Shown here: one piece after another, positions 12,311 through 23,252 of the stretch
How the letters are laid out: the number at the start of each line of letters is the position of its first letter
Numbering within the stretch: the first letter of the stretch is position 1
NCBI GenBank assembly: GCA_032718475.1
Contig: JAUCBJ010006254.1
Coordinates: 2,310 to 66,309, forward strand
Source: Nemertoderma westbladi
Lineage: Eukaryota; Animalia; Xenacoelomorpha
Direction of reading: 5' to 3'
Length of the DNA stretch: 64,000 nt
Notes under the pieces: model-generated
What the model was told of the DNA's origin: nothing
What the model saw: only the letters and a program-made list of their open reading frames with translations
The model's database searches: none
Translations under genes and position numbers: made by a program

Positions 12311-13577
12311 CGAGAAAGGCATTTCCTAAAGGAAATGCAACCACGAAGCTAAGGAAAATTAAACAAACGGCCACACTTTGGTTCGTTGCTTAGCCTCGTT
12401 TAGTAGCAATTGTCAATAATTAACTTCTATTCCCATGGAAACTAGAGTTCTCTGGAACTGTTGCTTTAACCTTTGAAAAAAAATTCAGTACAGATTGTGG
12501 TTCAGATAACACATATACTGAGTTTCAGAAAATATTGTAGTTTATGTCCAGATTACCGATTTTCTATCAAATTGCATCTGTTTGCAGTGGTTGTCATGGA
12601 AACTGAAAAATAGAACAATGTAATTCGGATGCAGAATAAGTCATATTGTGGGGGTAGGGGTTAGTCCCAAGTCATAATACTATTAACTTGTGCTTCAGAT
12701 TATCATTTTATAAATTTTAACATCTGTTTATACTTGTTGCTATGGTAACTGTATTTTCTAATTAACCTCAAACGGCTTGGATATGGATCCTATAGATGAG
12801 TTGCAAAACCCCAAGTTTATATATATTACAGTTTTGCTACAAATAGAGTTATCAATATAGATTTGAATGATATAGAGTTTAATAAACTACAGTTACCATG
12901 GTAACTAAATTTCTGGAATAATTTAAGTTTCACTAAAAGTTCCAACTAGTGGTCCAGATAACACATACCCAGTTTTGTAAAATTTTATCGTGAAGTCTAT
13001 GTCCAAATGAATAAGTTTTGAATAAAAACATCTGTTTTCAGCGGTTGTCATGGTAACTGAAAAATAGAACAATGTAATTCGGATGCAGAATAAGTTATAT
13101 AGTGGGGGTAGGGGTTGGTCCCAAGTCATAACACCTTGCCCTTAGGCCTCAAATTAACATTTTATAAATTTTAACATCTGTTTATCCCGGTTGCCTAGGT
13201 AACTGGATTTTCTATTTAGCCTCAATCGGATCTGCTATGGACCTTATAGTTGTGTTGCGAAACCCCAAGTTTATATCTATTATAGTTTTCCTACAAATAG
13301 AGTTATAAATATTAACTTGAAATACATAGACTTTTTTTGAAGTCCGTTGCCATGGAAACCAGATTTTTCCTGGATATGAGACCCGGCCCAGAAGATGCGT
13401 CTCGTTGAGTAGTACATACATGCAAAATTTCAGGGTACTTTTAAAGGCTAGTTTTTTCCCCGACCAAAAAAAACCAAATCTGCCCCATACAAGTAAAATA
13501 GCCCACTATGAATAGACCATCTCAGCTAAGGAAAATCTTTCTTAGCGAAAGTAGTTGATTTTCCTTAGCTTCGTGGA
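12311..13577 (-). mobile_element. Helitron/Helentron-like copy H4
   Basis: Same structure; 3' end variant CTCG on the element strand. Confidence 0.8.
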
Positions 13578-13770
13578 TTTCCCATTTTCCCCATGGCATG
13601 CTGAAGGCCCGTGATTGATTTACTTTGGGTAGAAATATGTAGTGAATGTGAGAATCATCTTATATTTTTTAACAAATGATTTTTCACTTATCCGTTACCA
13701 TAGTGGTGCAAGGGCGCTGTAATTATGACATTCTGACTCAAGACAAAATCTGAAAACGACTTATGACTTA

Positions 13771-15037
13771 CGAGAAAGGAATTTCCTAAAGGAAATGCAA
13801 CCACGAAGCTAAGGAAAATTAAACAAACGGCCACACTTTGGTTCGTTGCTTAGCCTCGTTTAGTAGCATTTGTCAATAATTAACTTCTATTCCCATGGAA
13901 ACTAGTGTTCTCTGGAACTGTTGGTTTAACCTTTGAAAAAAAAATCAGTACAGATTGTGGTTCAGATAACACATATACTGAGTTTCAGAAAATATTGTAG
14001 TTTATGTCCAAATTACCGATTTTCTATCAAAATGCATCTGTTTGCAGTGGTTGTCTTGGAAACTGAAAAATAGAACAATGTAATTGGGATGCAGAATAAG
14101 TCATATAGTGGGGGTAGGGGTTAATCCCAAGTCATAATACTATTAACTTGTGCTTCAAATTATCATTTTATAAATTTTAACATCTGTTTAGACTTGTTGC
14201 TATGGTAACTGTATTTTCTAATTAACCTCAAACGGCTTGGATATGGATCTTATAGATGAGTTGCAAAACCCCAAGTTTATATATATTACAGTTTTGCTAC
14301 AAATAGAGTTATCAATATAGACTTGAATGATATAGAGTTTAATAAACTACAGTTACCATGGTAACTAAATTTCTGGAATAATTTAAGTTTCACTAAAAGT
14401 TCCAACTAGTGGTCCAGATAACACGTACCCAGTTTTGTAAAATTTCATCGTGAAGTCTATGTCCAAATGAATAATTTTTGTATAAAAACATCTGTTTTCT
14501 GCGGTTGTCATGGTAACTGAAAAATAGAACAATGTAATTCGGATGCAGAATAAGTTATATAGTGGGGGTAGGGGTTGGTCCCAAGTCATAACACCTTGCC
14601 CTTAGGCCTCAAATTAACATTTTATAAATTTTAACATCTGTTTATCCCGGTTGCCAAGGTAACTGGATTTTCTATTTAGCCTCAATCGGATCTACTATGG
14701 ACCTTATAGTTGTGTTGCGAAACCCCAAGTTTATATCTATTATAGTTTTCCTACAAATAGAGTTATAAATATTGACTTGAAATACATAGACTTTTTTTGA
14801 AGTCCGTTGCCATGGAAACCAGATTTTTCCTGGATATGAGACCCGGCCCAAAAGATGCGCCTCGCCGAGTAGTATATACATGCAAAATTTCAGGGTACTT
14901 TTAAAGGCTTGTTTTTTCCGGAATCAAAAAAAACCAAATCTGCTCCATACAAGTAAAATAGCCCACTATGAATAGACCATCTCAGCTAAGGAAAATCTTT
15001 CTTAGCGAAAGTAGTTGATTTTCCTTAGCTTCGTGGA
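13771..15037 (-). mobile_element. Helitron/Helentron-like copy H5
   Basis: Very similar to H4; 3' end CTCG. Confidence 0.8.
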
Positions 15038-15134
15038 CCAGTGGAGCACGGGCCTAATGCATTTCATAAAATATCTTAAGAATGACAAAAGGTTCAACAT
15101 GTAAATTAAGCCGGTTGTAAATGGTATATTAATA

Positions 15135-16402
15135 CTAGAAAGGCATTTCCTGAAGGAAATGCAACCACGAAGCTAAGGAAAATTAAACAAAGGGCCACAA
15201 TTATGGTTTGTTGCTTAGCCTAGTTTAGTAGCATTTGCCAATAAATAACTTATATTCCTATGGAAACTAGAATTCTCTGGAACTGTTGGTTTTACCTTTG
15301 AAAAAAGATTCAGTCCAGATTGTGGTTCAGATAACACATACCAAGTTTCAGAAAATATTGTAGTTTATGTCCAAATTACCGATTTTCTATCAAAATGCAT
15401 CTGTTTGCAGTGGTTGTCATGGAAACTGAAAAATAGAACAATGTAATTCGGATGCAGAATAAGTCATATAATGGGGGTAGGTCTTGGTCCCAAGTCATAA
15501 TACTATTAACTTGTGCTTCAAATAATCATTTTATAAATTTTAACATTTGTTTAGTCTTGTTGCTATGGTAACTGGATTTTCTAATTAACCTCGAACGGCT
15601 TGGATATGGACCTTATATATTAGTTGCAAAACCCCAAGTTTATATATATTACAGTTTTGCTACAAATAGTGTATTGAATTTAGACTTGAATGATATAGAC
15701 TTTAATAAACTCCAGTTACCATGGTAACAAGATATTTCTGGAATGATTTGAGTTTCACTAAAAGTTCCAACTAGTGGTCCAGATAACACATACCCAGTTT
15801 TGTAAAATTTTATCGCGAATTCTATGTCCAAATGAATAATTTTTGTATAAAAACATCTGTTTTCTGCGGTTGTCATGGTAACTGAAAAATATAACAATGT
15901 AATTCGGATGCAGAATAAGTTATATAGTGGGGGTAGGGGTTGGTCCCAAGTCATAACAACTTGCCCTTAGGCTTCAAATTATCATTTTGTAAATTTTAAC
16001 ATCTGTTTAGCCCGGTTGCCAAGGTAACTGGATTTTCTATTTAGCCTCAATCGGATCTGCTATTGACCTTATAGTTGTGTTGCGAAACCCCAAGTTTATA
16101 TCTATTATAGTTTTCCTACAAATAGAGTTATAAATATTGACTTGAAATACATATACTTTTTTTGAAGTCCGTTGCCATGGAAACCAGATTTTTCCTGGAT
16201 ATGAGACCCGGCCCAAAAGATGCGCCTCGTCGAGTAGTATATACATGGAAAATTTCAGGGTACTTTTAAAGGCTAGTTTTTTCACCGGTCAAAAAAAACC
16301 AAATCTGCCTCATACAAGTAAAATAGCCCACTATGAATAGACCATCTCAGCTAAGGAAAATCTTTCTTAGCGAAAGTAGTTGATTTTCCTTAGCTTCGTG
16401 GA
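15135..16402 (-). mobile_element. Helitron/Helentron-like copy H6
   Basis: Same termini and internal organisation as the other copies. Confidence 0.8.
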
Positions 16403-16518
16403 CTATAGTAGGTGATGTAACAGAATCGCGTCAGCAGATGATAGTGGCAATGGTGGAATTGGTCTATTGATGAATCCAACTGCACATGCAGCATTGGACA
16501 AAATAGACCAAATCTCTA

Positions 16519-17789
16519 CTAGAAAGGCATTTCCTAAAGGAAATGCAACCACGAAGCTAAGGAAAATTAAACAAACGGCCACAATTTGGTTCGTTGCTTA
16601 GCCTAGTTTAGTAGCATTTGCCAATAAATAACTTCTATTCCCATGGAAACTAGAGTTCTCTGGAACTGTTGGTTTTACCTTTGAAAAAAGATTCAGTCCA
16701 GATTGTTTTTCAGATAACACATCGAGTTTCAGAAAATATTGTAGTTTATGTCCAAATTACAGATTTTCTATCAAAATGCATCTGTTTGCAGTGGTTGTCA
16801 TGGAAACTGAAAAATACAACAATGTAATTCGGATGCAGAATAAGTCATTTAGTGGGGGTAGGTGTTGGTCCCAAGTCATAATACTATTAAATTGTGCTTC
16901 AAATTATCATTTTATTAATTTTAACATCTGTTTACTCTTGTTGCTATGGTAAATGGATTTTCTAATTAACTTCGAACGGCTTGTATATGGATGGACCTTA
17001 TAGATGAGTTGCAAAACCCCAAGTTTATATATATTACAGTTTTTCTCCAAATAGAGTTATGATTATAGACTTGAATGATATATAACTTTAAAAAAACTAC
17101 AGTTACCATGGTAACTAGATATTTCTGGAATGTTTTGAGTTTCACTAAAAGTTCCAACTAGTGGTCCAGATAACACATACCTAGTTTCGTAAAATTTTAT
17201 CGTGAAGTCTATGTACAAATGAATAATTTTCGTATAAAAACATCTGTTTTCAGCGGTTGTCAAGGTAACTGCAAAATAGAACAATCAAATTCGGACGCAG
17301 AATAAGTTATATAGTGGGGGTAGGGATTGGTCCCAAGTCATCACACCTTAACCTTAGGCTTCAAATTAACATTTTAAAAATTTTAACATCTGTTTAGCCC
17401 GGTTGCCAAGGTAACTGGATTTTCTATTTAACCTCAATCGGCTCTGCTATGGACCTTATAGTTGTGTTGAGAAACCCCAAGTTTATATGTATTATAGTTT
17501 TCCTACAAATAGAGTTACAAATATTGACTTGAAATACATAGACTTTTTTCTAAGTCCGTTGCCATGGAAACCAGATTTTTCCTGGAGATGAGACCCATCC
17601 CACACGACGCGCCTTGATGAGTTGTATATACATGCAAAATTTCAGGGTACTTTTAAAGGCTAGTTTTTTCCCCGACCAAAAAACACTAAATCTGCCTCAC
17701 ACAAGTAAAATAGCCCACTATGAATAGACCATCTCAGCTAAGGAAAATCTTTCTTAGCGAAAGTAGTTGATTTTCCTTAGCTTCGTGGA
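16519..17789 (-). mobile_element. Helitron/Helentron-like copy H7, inserted in the LINE endonuclease region
   Basis: Removing it restores atc tct a|ac cgc (I-S-N-R) in frame with no duplicated bases. Confidence 0.85.
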
Positions 17790-20470
17790 ACCGCATCATC
17801 CGTTGCCACTTCTCATGTTCTGGAAGACTGGCTAAGAAGTTTCCTAAGGTGGTTCTGATTGTGTGCTACTCTCCAACTAGTGTTGCCCCTGTAGAGGAGG
17901 TGGAAAATTTCTACCACAATCTACAAGCAGCTACTGATGGAGTGGATCAGCATGCATTCTTAACATTCCTGGGAGACTTTAATGCAAGTCTGCATCAATC
18001 ACCGACATCACCCTGGGTCTATAGCAATAGTGTTAACCGAAATTCTGTCCATCTTCAGGATTTTATCTCTGGAAATGGATTGTTTTCGGCTGGAACCCAG
18101 TTCAAGAAGCGAACTGGAAAGCTATGGACTCATAGTGGACCCAGTGGTCACAAGTCCCAGATAGACCATATTCTGTTTCGTAGGAAATACAGGAGCTCTA
18201 TACAAGACTGTAATGCATTTACACTTCGACCCTTCTCCAGTGATCACCGCCTTATTGTGGCCAAGGTAAGACTTAGTCTGCGTGCTAGCAGAACAACGAA
18301 ATCTGCCTTGCCACGGCATGACTGGTCCTCTCTGTTGCAACAGCCAAGTGTGAGATCCAGCTTCACACTACAGCTGAGCAACAGGTATGAGGCTCTTGCC
18401 TCTGAGGCGGCAGATCACTGTGAGGGCTATACTGCCTTTACAGAAGCAGTTAAGTTAGCAGCTGCAGAAACAGTTCCTGTATACCCTCGAAACAGGAAAA
18501 GGGCCCCCTGGACTGACAACAAAATTCAGAAGTGCCGAAATGACCTTCATAAGGCGCAGAAAGAGTCCCGACTCAAACAGACTACAGCGGCCAAGAATGC
18601 AGTTAAAGCTGCATCTAGGTCCCTGAACAGGCAGTACTCTGTTAATCTACAGGAGCTAATAAACCAACAGGTTGATGCCATCAATGATGCTGACGACAGC
18701 AGGCAATCATCCCAGGCATGGAAATCGATCAATCTGCTTACTGGGCGGAAAAGCCAACCAACCACCAAGGTTAAGGCTGAATCACCAGCAATAGCATGCA
18801 TGGATCGCCGCAATGGTTGGAAAGCCCACTTTGAAAAGCTCCTCAATAATGACAGGGTATTGCCTGATAACTTTATAGAAGTAAAAGTGTCTGAGTCTGT
18901 ACTCCCAGATATTCCCATTGGCGATATCTCCTTTGCAGAAGTGAATGCTGCTGCAAAGAGCATTAAGACCAATCGTGCCAGTGGAGTAGATGGTGTTCCC
19001 CCTGAGGTCTTTAAAATACCTGAGTGTTTAAAGCTCATCTATCCCTTCATAGTAGACATGTACCGTACAACAAGAGTCCCACAAGAAATGAAAACAAATA
19101 AGTTGGTGCCAGTTCCCAAGAAAGGCAACCTAACACTCTATGGTTCTTTTCGGGGAATCTCATTGATCTCGATTGCTGCAAAACTATACAATAGAATTCT
19201 ATTAAATCGCATCAGGGATCCCATTGAGAGACTGCTACGTGGAAATCAGAATGGGTTCCGTAAAGGTCGTGGGACCATGGAGCCCATTTTGGCACTTAGA
19301 AGGATAATTGAAGAGTTATCAAAAAAGAAAGACAGGCATCTGGCTGTTATCTTTGTTGACTTCTTCAAGGCCTTTGATTCAGTCTCTCGCTCACGTATGT
19401 TCAGCATACTTTCATTATATGGGATTCCTGATGAAATTATTGCAGCAATCAGATCAGTATACGATGGTTCAACAACATTTGTGTCTACTGTTGACGGTGA
19501 CACAGAACCATTTGAAGTGTTATGGGGCGTCCTCCAAGGAGACACACTTGCACCATTCTTGTTCATTATTGTGGTTGACTATGTTCTACGCATGTCCTTA
19601 GATCATCATAATGATGATGGGGTGATGATAACTCCACCTACTGGCTCCAGAAGTCGAGGAAATCCTGCCAAGTACCTAACTGATCTAGACTTTGCTGATG
19701 ACTTAGGAGTACTCTCAGAATCATTAGAGGGAGCCCAGCGGCTCCTCAGCTCATTAGAACATGCTGCTTCTAGTGTTGGTCTTTTTATTAACTCCAGAAA
19801 GACCAAAATTCTGACTGTTAACTTTGAAAGTCCTCAGCAAGTCTCTGATCGGATGAGCATAAGCTCAAAGGATGGTATGCTTGAGCATGTGGACGACTTC
19901 TGTTACCTGGGATCATGGATCCGGAAGTCAGGTGAGGACCTTCGAATACGTAAGGGAAAGGCATGGGCAGCCTTGAATAGGCTTTCCAGGATTTGGAAGT
20001 CACCTAGAATTAATCGGAAACTTAAGGTCCGATTATTTAGAGCAGCAGTAGTTCCAGTACTCCTCTACGGGAGTCCATGCTGGGCTCTAACTGCTGAGGA
20101 CACCAAATCTCTGGATGGCACATTCACAAGAATGCTACGCCGGGTACATTGTGTCAAGTACAATGCACACATCTCCAACCAGACACTATATAACATTGGA
20201 GGTGTCTCATTGGTTCCCCCAAGCTTGACACTAGAACAAAATCGGCTCCGCTTTGCAGGACATTGCTTTCGCCGTGAGGACCAGCCAGTGCATAATCTTG
20301 TACTTTGGCAGCCTCATGGAGTGAATAAGCATGGTGGACAACCCATGACTTTCTTGAGACGCATCTTAAAGGACACTGGCCTTGAAGATGCGGATGATCT
20401 AGCAAATGTCATGGGTGATAGGGAGTTGTGGCGGTGCGATTTTGTCGATAAGCCGGCACAGCATTCTTAA
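17790..20470 (+). CDS. RTE LINE ORF (endonuclease C-terminal half + reverse transcriptase); 5' part disrupted and truncated
   Basis: APE motifs GDFNA, SQIDHIL and SDHR. RT motifs QNGFRKGR, FVDFFKAFDSV, GVLQGDTLAPFLF, FADD and YLGS. RTE-like C-terminal RLRFAGH. Confidence 0.9.
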
Positions 20471-20639
20471 AAATGCAGCTGCAATGCAGCATGCCGATCC
20501 TAGTAGTAGTAGTAGTAGTAGATGTAACAGAATATGGTGGGACAATTTTTTTGGAAATGTGTTGCTTACCCATCAAGACTGAATTCACTTTAAAAAACGG
20601 GGATGCAATTAATTTTCCCTCGTTACAGGTCAGTTAGGT

Positions 20640-20820
20640 TCCACCTTGGTGAAGTGGTTTCATTGAACCATCGTCATTCAGGAGGTCGTGGGTTCAATCC
20701 CCGCATGGACCGGGGCACTTTTCGTTTCGGCACGAATGCTTTGCAGGGACAAGCCAGGGCGCATCTCTACCTTGCATCCTTAAATGGTAGCTCTAACGGC
20801 CGAAGAAAACTTTAGTTTAG
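20640..20820 (+). mobile_element. tRNA-derived SINE, internally deleted/degenerate
   Basis: B box GGTTCAATCC at ~20690. The body ccttgcatccttaaat and the 3' end taacggccgaag.aaacttta are shared with 60570-60750. Confidence 0.6.
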
Positions 20821-20949
20821 GCCTTCTTCTTTTGTTTTTTTACAAGTCTTGAAATTAAGTATCTTAAACTAATTGGTAAGTATATGTTAAAACAAATATA
20901 AATTTTGATAATAATTTAACAAACTAATTGCAACGATCAAACTATTTAG

Positions 20950-21062
20950 GTACCTGGTAATTCCGGCCGGAATTGACCCCATTCTGGCAATTCCTGTCGG
21001 AACCGCAATCGTGCAAAAATCGCCGCAATTCCGGCCGGAACGGAATTCCGGGACATCCCTAA
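20950..21062. repeat. Fragment of a DNA-transposon/MITE end with repeated palindrome AATTCCGGCCGGAA
   Basis: Two aattccggccggaa palindromes and a terminal gggacatcccta; no matching opposite end seen. Confidence 0.35.
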
Positions 21063-21323
21063 TAGAGACTTCCATCTCTTTGACAGTACTGCAGAAAGTC
21101 TCTGTGGAATAAACAGCTTGAAACACTGCGAAAAATCCCTGTTCGGTCAAAATGGCTCACGTACGTTTATTAATATAATTAGTATAGGGTACTTAACGTA
21201 CTTGTACTCTATGTAATTTTTCTCGCTACTTTAGGGAGAATGAATTAATTTTTCTCGCTATTGTTAGGAAGAATTTATTAATATTTTCTAAATAAATAGA
21301 GTTGAGCTGTTAAGGCAACTGTA

Positions 21324-21637
21324 ATTAAAGATGTAATATTATGGTTTTGTTCAGAAATGGAAAAAATGAGAAATCGCGTCACCGGGGGTTGAACCAGCGC
21401 TCTACGTACGTTTCAGCCTATCAGGACTCATCAGTAGCGCTAACCAGTTCAGCCACTTGTCCCTGACATTCACTATCCCACCTCATCCACTTCTATTGAA
21501 CAGGCAGTCTTAAGTTGCATATCCTATCTCTAACAGCGGACCTACCGGCCTCAAGTATGTATAGCGGTCGTTCAAGCTTGACGCGCTTTTCTCATTTTTT
21601 CCATTTCTGAACAAAACCATAATATTACATCTTTAAT
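21324..21637 (-). mobile_element. Short element with ~58-bp terminal inverted repeats enclosing Pol III A/B boxes and a hammerhead-like motif (Penelope-associated SINE/retrozyme-like)
   Basis: attaaagatgtaatattatggttttgttcagaaatggaaaaaatgagaaatcgcgtca (21324-21381) is the near-perfect reverse complement of 21579-21637. Minus-strand A box TGGCTGAACTGG (21455-21444) and B box GGTTCAACCC (21395-21386). Confidence 0.65.
21396..21441 (-). ncRNA. Minimal type I hammerhead ribozyme-like motif (slightly degenerate)
   Basis: The minus strand reads AGCGCU-A-CUGAUGA-GUCCUGAUAGGCU-GAAA-C-GUAC-GUA-G-AGCGCU. Both core boxes are present, with a 6-bp stem I, a CCU/AGG stem II and a minimal stem III with palindromic GUAC loop. 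Mismatches lie next to the core in stems I and II. Confidence 0.6.
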
Positions 21638-22214
21638 ATTTCTGGTTCTGCAAAACACCTTCCATGTATAAATTTATATCCCATAGATGGATACCTAGTT
21701 TAGGGCAGGAGAGGGAAATTCAAATTATATATTAGGCCTGTTTATTGTACTTCGATAACTGTTGACTACAATTTTGCTTGCTAATGATCAGACCAGAACA
21801 AGATCGCCATTTCTCTCATTTTAAGTCGTATTCTTATTATAATTGGTCCCCGCCTTAAATGGAATAAATTAACAACAGTAAAAAAAACACTAGTATTCGG
21901 ACGTAGCGACCTAGCTGCCTACCGGTACCGCCACAACATTAGTTGAAGGACTGGAGACTGGATCAGTGAACTACCGTGCGTCGTCATAGCAGTGAAATAA
22001 GTATAACTGTTATATGTAAAACTAATCAGTTATATTTATCTAAGCCAAACTACTGTTTTACTGGTACTTGTACTTGCAGTCTGTACCTGGTACACTACAG
22101 TGTGATATTTTATCTAAGTATCTATTTCTTTGAGTCTCTGACTGACAATTCCTCTGCATTACATTATATACCGTACATTGCCATAAACTTATTGTGGAGG
22201 TAAATCAAATATTA

Positions 22215-23252
22215 ATGGAATACGCCACAGACTCCGAGGGTTCGGTTCCAACAGATGATGATTCAATGGAAGGGGATTGTAACTGCAACATTTGCGATTA
22301 TTATGGTAGATCCTCCGAAGACTACGACACTTCCCGCGAGCTCCATTGGGCTGCTGCGGATGGTTATATAGAAAAGTGTCGCGATCTTTTATTGGAAGGA
22401 CGCGATCCGAATAGTAAGGTTGACGTGGGTTTCGGGAAGTTAACACCGCTGCATAACTTTCTTAAACGTATCTTCAATTATAGTGATTCTGAAGAAATTT
22501 ACAAAGGGGTGAAGATGTTCCTTGAACTTGGATCTAGTTCTAGTTCACATATTCTTATAACTGCAGTCGAATGCATAAATCTCGACAGTTTCGAACTGAT
22601 TTTAAAGAATAGCAGTCTCGGTCATATTAACGGCACTGTCCGCGTACATAAACACACACCACTTTCTTGGGCTGTAGAACTCGGTTGCGCAAAACACGTT
22701 GAAATGATCTTAAAATATGGGGCGGAACCGACTAGTAAGCCTTTCGCGTTCGAAACTATCCTTAGCGGGGAATGTTCCGGAACACTGCCTCTTCCGGTGA
22801 TGAAACGGTTGTACCGCCGGAGCATTGCCGAACGCCTAAAAAGCCCCAGTCGTTACCAATACCAAATAGGCGATAAATGGGATGAGCTCGTACTTTACAT
22901 CCAGACAGGTTACACCATCTCTACGCCTCCAATGTTTCTGGATGGGACGGGACCTTACACAGGGATTTTACGAAGTGTAATCCCTTATAAATACTTAAAG
23001 GAACTCATTTACGACCTATGTCCTTCAAGACATAATTACATATGTGAGAACTTTCGCATTCATGAGGAGGTGATTGGTGAGGATTTGGAGTTGCAATTTT
23101 TAAGTCTGCAGCATATGAGTCGAAGGGTGATCCGGGAATGTTTGTTTCGTAGCGGGAAGGAATTTGAAGAAATCAATAAGGCGTTACTTCCACCTGTTCT
23201 ACCTTTAGTATTGCGGAGATACGTGCTTGGCATGTGGGATGATAACTATTAA
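22215..23252 (+). CDS. Ankyrin-repeat and SOCS-box protein (ASB-like E3 substrate adaptor), single exon
   Basis: Ankyrin motifs LHWAAADGYIEKCRDLLLEGRDPN, TPLH and TPLSWAVELGCAKHVEMILKYGAEP. C-terminal SOCS box SLQHMSRRVIRECL...LPLVLRRYVL. First ATG at 22215. Confidence 0.8.
   Translation: MEYATDSEGSVPTDDDSMEGDCNCNICDYYGRSSEDYDTSRELHWAAADGYIEKCRDLLLEGRDPNSKVDVGFGKLTPLHNFLKRIFNYSDSEEIYKGVKMFLELGSSSSSHILITAVECINLDSFELILKNSSLGHINGTVRVHKHTPLSWAVELGCAKHVEMILKYGAEPTSKPFAFETILSGECSGTLPLPVMKRLYRRSIAERLKSPSRYQYQIGDKWDELVLYIQTGYTISTPPMFLDGTGPYTGILRSVIPYKYLKELIYDLCPSRHNYICENFRIHEEVIGEDLELQFLSLQHMSRRVIRECLFRSGKEFEEINKALLPPVLPLVLRRYVLGMWDDNY

Larger units (their letters stand above)
16427..20520 (+). mobile_element. 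5'-truncated RTE-clade non-LTR retrotransposon (APE endonuclease + RT), interrupted by H7
   Basis: TSD gatgtaacagaat at 16414-16426 and 20521-20533; (TAG)n tail at 20501-20520. The 5' fragment encodes SADDSGNGGIGLLMNPTAHAALDKIDQIS, continuous with NRIIRCHF after H7. Confidence 0.9.

Noticed and set aside
3764-17284. Recurrent 60-100 aa ORFs (MFYFAVT..., MTWDQPLPP..., MELLVKLK...)
   Set aside because: These are translations of the non-coding repeat. Stops and frames vary among copies, and there are no protein motifs.
21375-21465. Functional tRNA gene (with intron)
   Set aside because: The acceptor stem does not pair and there is no anticodon loop; the insert matches a hammerhead core instead.
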